Origin: Clostridia bacterium
Lineage (GTDB): Bacteria > Bacillota > Clostridia > UBA1212 > UBA1255
Direction of reading: 5' to 3'
DNA length: 64,000 nt
Assembly (NCBI GenBank): GCA_045546695.1
Contig: JAZQDE010000015.1
Location: 1,549 to 65,548 of the forward strand
Position numbers and translations under genes: made by a program. Under the pieces are notes generated by a model, which was not told the origin of the DNA, searched no databases, and worked only from the letters and a program-made list of their open reading frames with translations. The stretch's first letter is position 1. Every line of letters begins with the position of its first letter. Shown one piece after another: positions 60,394 through 64,000 of the stretch.

Positions 60394-60831
60394 TCAAAAC
60401 TCATATACTTCAGGCTTCTGAGCTTGGTTAACGTGCTCGCTACCTGCGTATACTTTAAGTTTCTTAAACATTGCATCACCCAAAGCATTCTTTGGAAGCA
60501 TGCCTCTAACTGCTGCTTCTACAGGATATGTGGGATGCTTTACAAGCATGTTCTTGTAATTAACTTCTTTAAGTCCACCCGGATAACCTGTGTGATGACG
60601 ATATAATTTCTTATTGTATTTATTGCCTGTAAGTGCAACTTCTGCAGCATTAATAACAATTACGAAATCACCTGTGTCAAGGTTAGGTGTATATGTGGGC
60701 TTTCTCTTGCCCATAAGAAGCATAGCAACTTCTGTTGAAAGTCTGCCAAGTGTCTTACCTTTAGCATCGATTATATACCATTTTTTGTTTGAAGGATTGA
60801 TTGCTTCACCGTTTGGTACATATGTTTTCAT
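60394..60831 (-). CDS. rplM: 50S ribosomal protein L13
   Basis: [34 protein letters not shown] at 60831 with a GGAGG RBS. The ORF-track extension is spurious. Confidence 0.95.
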   Translation of the reverse strand: MKTYVPNGEAINPSNKKWYIIDAKGKTLGRLSTEVAMLLMGKRKPTYTPNLDTGDFVIVINAAEVALTGNKYNKKLYRHHTGYPGGLKEVNYKNMLVKHPTYPVEAAVRGMLPKNALGDAMFKKLKVYAGSEHVNQAQKPEVYEF

Positions 60832-60879
60832 ATAAAAACCTCCGTAATTAATTCTTGTCGCCTTTTTGACGACTGGCGT

Positions 60880-60908
60880 ATTGTAACGCATCAAAAGTGT
60901 TATGTCAA
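60880..60908 (-). promoter_or_regulatory. Sigma-A promoter for rplM-rpsI
   Basis: Minus strand: TTGACA, 17-nt spacer, TACAAT, about 50 nt upstream of the rplM ATG. Confidence 0.55.
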
Positions 60909-61045
60909 CATCAAATTGCCGTATTTTAAGAATATATCACTCGTACGCTTTATTTCTCTCGTTTTTTCTCTTTTTCTCTCAATTTCTCGCATTTCATTTC
61001 ACTTTTTTTGTCATGATTTGTTATTGGCCATGTTTTTACAGCACA

Positions 61046-61073
61046 TTGAATAATTATCTGTTTATGGTATAAT
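61046..61073 (+). promoter_or_regulatory. Sigma-A promoter for the ROK kinase gene
   Basis: TTGAAT, 16-nt spacer, TGgTATAAT (extended -10), about 40 nt upstream of the ATG. Confidence 0.55.
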
Positions 61074-61114
61074 ATTTGCCAATAAATAACATATGTACAG
61101 GAGGAATTGTTGTT

Positions 61115-62056
61115 ATGTATAGAATTGGTATTGACATAGGCGGCACAAATCTTGCTTACGGTCTTGTAAGTGAAGACGGCACGCTTATTAAAAAGGTATC
61201 ATATCCCGTTGATTCTACAATGGATGACGTTTCAATTGCAAAATGTATGGCTGAAACAGCTGTAAGCTTTATTGCTGAGTGTGGCATTTCACAGGAGGAT
61301 GTTATTTCAATCGGACTTGGTGTTCCGGGTGTTTGCGACGATGCAAAAGGCGTAATTGTTTACACTGTAAATATGCCCTTCCGCAAGACAAATATTGGTA
61401 AGATTTTCAAGGAATATACTTCTATTCCGATCCATATGGCAAATGATGCAAATTGTGCTGCACTCGGTGAGGCTTTGTGCGGCGGCGCAAAAGGACACAA
61501 GACTTCTGTTACGATTACTTTAGGTACAGGCGTCGGCGGCGGTATTATTATTGATGGCAAAATTTATGTTGGTGGCAATGGTGCTGCCGGCGAGCTCGGA
61601 CATATGGTAATCCGTGCCAAGGGTGAAAAGTGTTCTTGCGGCAGACGCGGATGTATTGAGGCATATGCTTCTGCAACAGGTATTATCAGAGATACTAAAA
61701 AAATGGCTGAAAAGCATCCTGAATCTATTATCAACCAGTTGGTTGACGGAGACCTTTCAAAGGTTTCAGGCAAGACTGCTTTTGATGCTATGCGTGCCGG
61801 AGATAAATGGGGTAAAAAAGTTGTTGATGACTATATTAAATATCTTGGCGAAGGCGTTATCAACTATATCAATATTTTCCAGCCTGACATTATTCTTCTC
61901 GGCGGCGGTATTTCTAAAGAAGGAGATACTTTGCTCAAACCGCTTCGCAGATACGTATTCAGATATGCTTATGGAAGCAAATTCTTAAAGCGTGCGAAGA
62001 TTGAGTGTGCTACACTCGGAAATGATGCAGGTATTGTCGGAGCAGCAATGCTGTAA
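61115..62056 (+). CDS. ROK-family sugar kinase (glucokinase-like)
   Basis: IGIDIGGTN ATP-binding N-terminus. The CSCGRRGCIE zinc motif is ROK-specific. No HTH domain. ATG at 61115 after GGAGG. Confidence 0.8.
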   Translation: MYRIGIDIGGTNLAYGLVSEDGTLIKKVSYPVDSTMDDVSIAKCMAETAVSFIAECGISQEDVISIGLGVPGVCDDAKGVIVYTVNMPFRKTNIGKIFKEYTSIPIHMANDANCAALGEALCGGAKGHKTSVTITLGTGVGGGIIIDGKIYVGGNGAAGELGHMVIRAKGEKCSCGRRGCIEAYASATGIIRDTKKMAEKHPESIINQLVDGDLSKVSGKTAFDAMRAGDKWGKKVVDDYIKYLGEGVINYINIFQPDIILLGGGISKEGDTLLKPLRRYVFRYAYGSKFLKRAKIECATLGNDAGIVGAAML

Positions 62057-62064
62057 AAAACAAT

Positions 62065-62088
62065 CGGCGTTCAAAATAATGAACGCCG
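62065..62088 (-). terminator. Rho-independent terminator (U-tract on the minus strand)
   Basis: Stem CGGCGTTCA / TGAACGCCG with loop AAATAA. On the minus strand it is followed by ATTGTTTTTT. Serves the convergent minus-strand gene. Confidence 0.5.
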
Positions 62089-62118
62089 AAACAATTAATT
62101 AAAAAGTACATTTTTTTG

Positions 62119-62150
62119 ATACTGTTAAGAATACTTAACAGTATTTTTTT
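62119..62150 (+). terminator. Rho-independent terminator for the ROK kinase gene
   Basis: Stem ATACTGTTAAG / CTTAACAGTAT with loop AATA, followed by T7. Confidence 0.6.
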
Positions 62151-64000
62151 AGTTGAAATGTCTGATCTTATATACACCTACAAAAGATGCAAGAATCAGA
62201 ATTGAGAGAACCGTGAACATACCGGGGCAACAATCACTTGTGTCTGTATCGTCAATAACAGGCATTTCAACTTCAAAAACAACATCAACATAATGTATGT
62301 CACTATCTGTCGGGGGATCAATATATATCCAACCTATGGGATACAATATTTGTTTCTGGAATTGAACGCGAAGTGTGTATGTACCACCTGCCAGAGCAGA
62401 TGTGTCAATCTGACCTGCGTTTTCAGCAATCAAGCCATTAATGTTTGTGTCAAGTATTTCCCATGAAATGGCAGACCATTTTATATCGCCTTCGTTATTG
62501 AACGCCTGGGAGCTTTCTTCTGAATATGTTGTAAAAGAGATAATTGAATCTCTGTCATAACAAATTGTGCTGTCGATCCCTGTAACAGTATTTTCATCGG
62601 CGCTACCTTCCCAGTATGATGCTACAAGAAAAGCAGAATACTCTTCACCGGCTTCATCAATCAGTATAACATTGCCGTTTTTCATAAATGAAGCCGACCA
62701 CGCACCAAGGAAAATCATATCTTCTCCGGCATAAATACGCACGTCGCCATCGTAGATAATACCATCACTTACATAACAGAATTTATCATAATCCGGAACA
62801 GAAAAACAGTATGCGATATTTTCAAAAGAAGCACTTCCGTAATTTACAATAATTGCTTCGCTGCCGGACTCAATATATACAGCGCCACCACTGAAAAACA
62901 AAGAAGCTGTCTCCTGTGCTATAATGCCGCGACCGGAGGAAGAAATAAGTTGCGTATTACAGTCTACAAAACTAATCTCACCGCGGAAAACTTTAATCGC
63001 ATTGCCCTCAGTAGTAATCTTGATGGTAGATGATATCGCCTGAAGTCCGTATTCAGTAGACATCGTGACAAAGTCTTCGTCGTAAGAGCAGACAATTCCC
63101 TCCAGACCTGTAATATCAATCTGAGAATCTGTAAAATTAACAAGACCATTATTTACTGCAACAGCAAGCTCTTTTCCATATATACTAACTTTACAACCCG
63201 AAATATCAAGAGAGCCTTCTTCGGCAATTGCTATAGCATAATGATTCGAAACAAAATTGAGATACGAATTTTCACCTTCACCTGTAATAGTAATGTTTCC
63301 GTTATCCGTGTACAAACCATACTCGGATTTAGAGTAAATAGACAAATTCGAATTATCTTTAATAATTATATTTATATCGCCTTCTGAAAAAATGGCATCT
63401 TTCCATGTGTCAAGTACAACGCGACCTTCGATAACAATGGTGGATTTTTCCGGCAAAGAAATTGCTGTGTCATAAAACACCTTTGCATCAAGACCATCTT
63501 TAAGTGTCAAAGTTTTAGTCTCTGCATCCCATGCCCACAAATCATTTTCACCGGGAAGCGGAACTTCTTCATCTCTGAAATCAGGAAAAACTGTCTCTGT
63601 AGATACATCATAAGCATATATCACACATTCTGCAAACATGTCAGCATAATTGCAGAACAGCAGATAGTATTCACCCGGATCATTAAAATCGACAACGGGA
63701 GCATACCAGTATATCTCATAGCAACTCTGAACATGCTCGTACCCTGAGGGCGAATCAGGATTTGCTTTAAAAACATGAAGCATGCATTCCGTATCAAGCA
63801 TTTCAGTCATTGATGATGTAATTGAATACATATTTATAGCAATACCCATAGGAGCATCAACATTCAATTTATATACGCTACCGCAGTACTTGCCCATTTC
63901 AGGGATATCGTAATAGCCGGACGCAATGCCATCAACGTTAATTTTGTCATAAAAAGGTAATGAGGTCATCTCGTATACTTCACTCTCAGGCGGAATGACC
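62149..64000 (-). CDS. Surface protein with parallel beta-helix-like repeats and a C-terminal TM anchor; N-terminus outside the window
   Basis: Gly/Ser/Ile-rich beta-helix-type repeats (ISGCKVSIYG ... IKITTEGNAIKVF ...). C-terminal TVLSILILASFVGVYKIRHFN. No signal peptide is visible at the first in-window Met, so the gene probably starts beyond nt 64000. Confidence 0.45.
   Translation of the reverse strand, partial: VIPPESEVYEMTSLPFYDKINVDGIASGYYDIPEMGKYCGSVYKLNVDAPMGIAINMYSITSSMTEMLDTECMLHVFKANPDSPSGYEHVQSCYEIYWYAPVVDFNDPGEYYLLFCNYADMFAECVIYAYDVSTETVFPDFRDEEVPLPGENDLWAWDAETKTLTLKDGLDAKVFYDTAISLPEKSTIVIEGRVVLDTWKDAIFSEGDINIIIKDNSNLSIYSKSEYGLYTDNGNITITGEGENSYLNFVSNHYAIAIAEEGSLDISGCKVSIYGKELAVAVNNGLVNFTDSQIDITGLEGIVCSYDEDFVTMSTEYGLQAISSTIKITTEGNAIKVFRGEISFVDCNTQLISSSGRGIIAQETASLFFSGGAVYIESGSEAIIVNYGSASFENIAYCFSVPDYDKFCYVSDGIIYDGDVRIYAGEDMIFLGAWSASFMKNGNVILIDEAGEEYSAFLVASYWEGSADENTVTGIDSTICYDRDSIISFTTYSEESSQAFNNEGDIKWSAISWEILDTNINGLIAENAGQIDTSALAGGTYTLRVQFQKQILYPIGWIYIDPPTDSDIHYVDVVFEVEMPVIDDTDTSDCCPGMFTVLSILILASFVGVYKIRHFN

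Noticed and set aside
1-64000. Search for mobile elements, phage genes, toxin-antitoxin pairs, CRISPR or RNA genes
   Set aside because: No transposase, integrase or recombinase motifs, no direct or inverted terminal repeats, and no tRNA or rRNA-like sequences were seen. The window appears to be core chromosome plus surface-protein accessory genes.

Overview
This 64 kb window looks like a chromosomal segment of a low-GC, spore-forming Firmicute (Clostridia-like: spoIIP is present, GGAGG Shine-Dalgarno sites, TTG/GTG starts are common). Almost all genes are on the minus strand. No rRNA, tRNA, CRISPR array or mobile element (transposase, integrase, phage gene) was seen. From left to right: (1) a HAD hydrolase fragment and an LD-carboxypeptidase. 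(2) A proteolytic nutrient-uptake locus: a 2392-aa cell-envelope subtilisin (S8 plus PA domain, Big_2 and BspA-type LRR domains, C-terminal TM anchor), a GLUG-motif lipoprotein, and a complete oppABCDF operon with an oversized OppA. (3) The most unusual region, 17.1-26.7 kb. A small membrane protein and a NapH/CcoG-like polyferredoxin membrane protein fused to a C-terminal TlpA-like thioredoxin domain lie on the plus strand. They converge on four lipoprotein genes on the minus strand. Three of these are large paralogs (981, 430 and 939 aa) built from lipobox, CarbopepD_reg-like beta-sandwich, TlpA-like thioredoxin (CxxC in the 981- and 939-aa members) and a conserved C-terminal module ending W-L-x-x-C-x-Y-Y. 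I propose this as an uncharacterised extracytoplasmic redox system. (4) A housekeeping run aspS -> BadF/HgdC-type activase-dehydratase fusion -> spoIIP -> lepA -> hemW. (5) Two tandem giant secreted paralogs (612 and 1607 aa) whose N-termini resemble SipW-cognate (TasA/camelysin-type) signal peptides. The larger one carries FIVAR-like and coiled-coil extensions. (6) malQ, an ABC-F ATPase, mutS2, a J-domain protein with a Cys-rich tail, a DUF5685-like partner, pfkA, a GT-C membrane glycosyltransferase, dnaE, a phosphoglucomutase, and rimI-tsaB-tsaE-rpsI-rplM. (7) A divergent ROK kinase and a partial beta-helix surface protein. Several sigma-A-like promoters and rho-independent terminators are visible, including convergent and bidirectional ones. 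Many ORF-track N-termini were trimmed where an RBS-supported internal start is clear.
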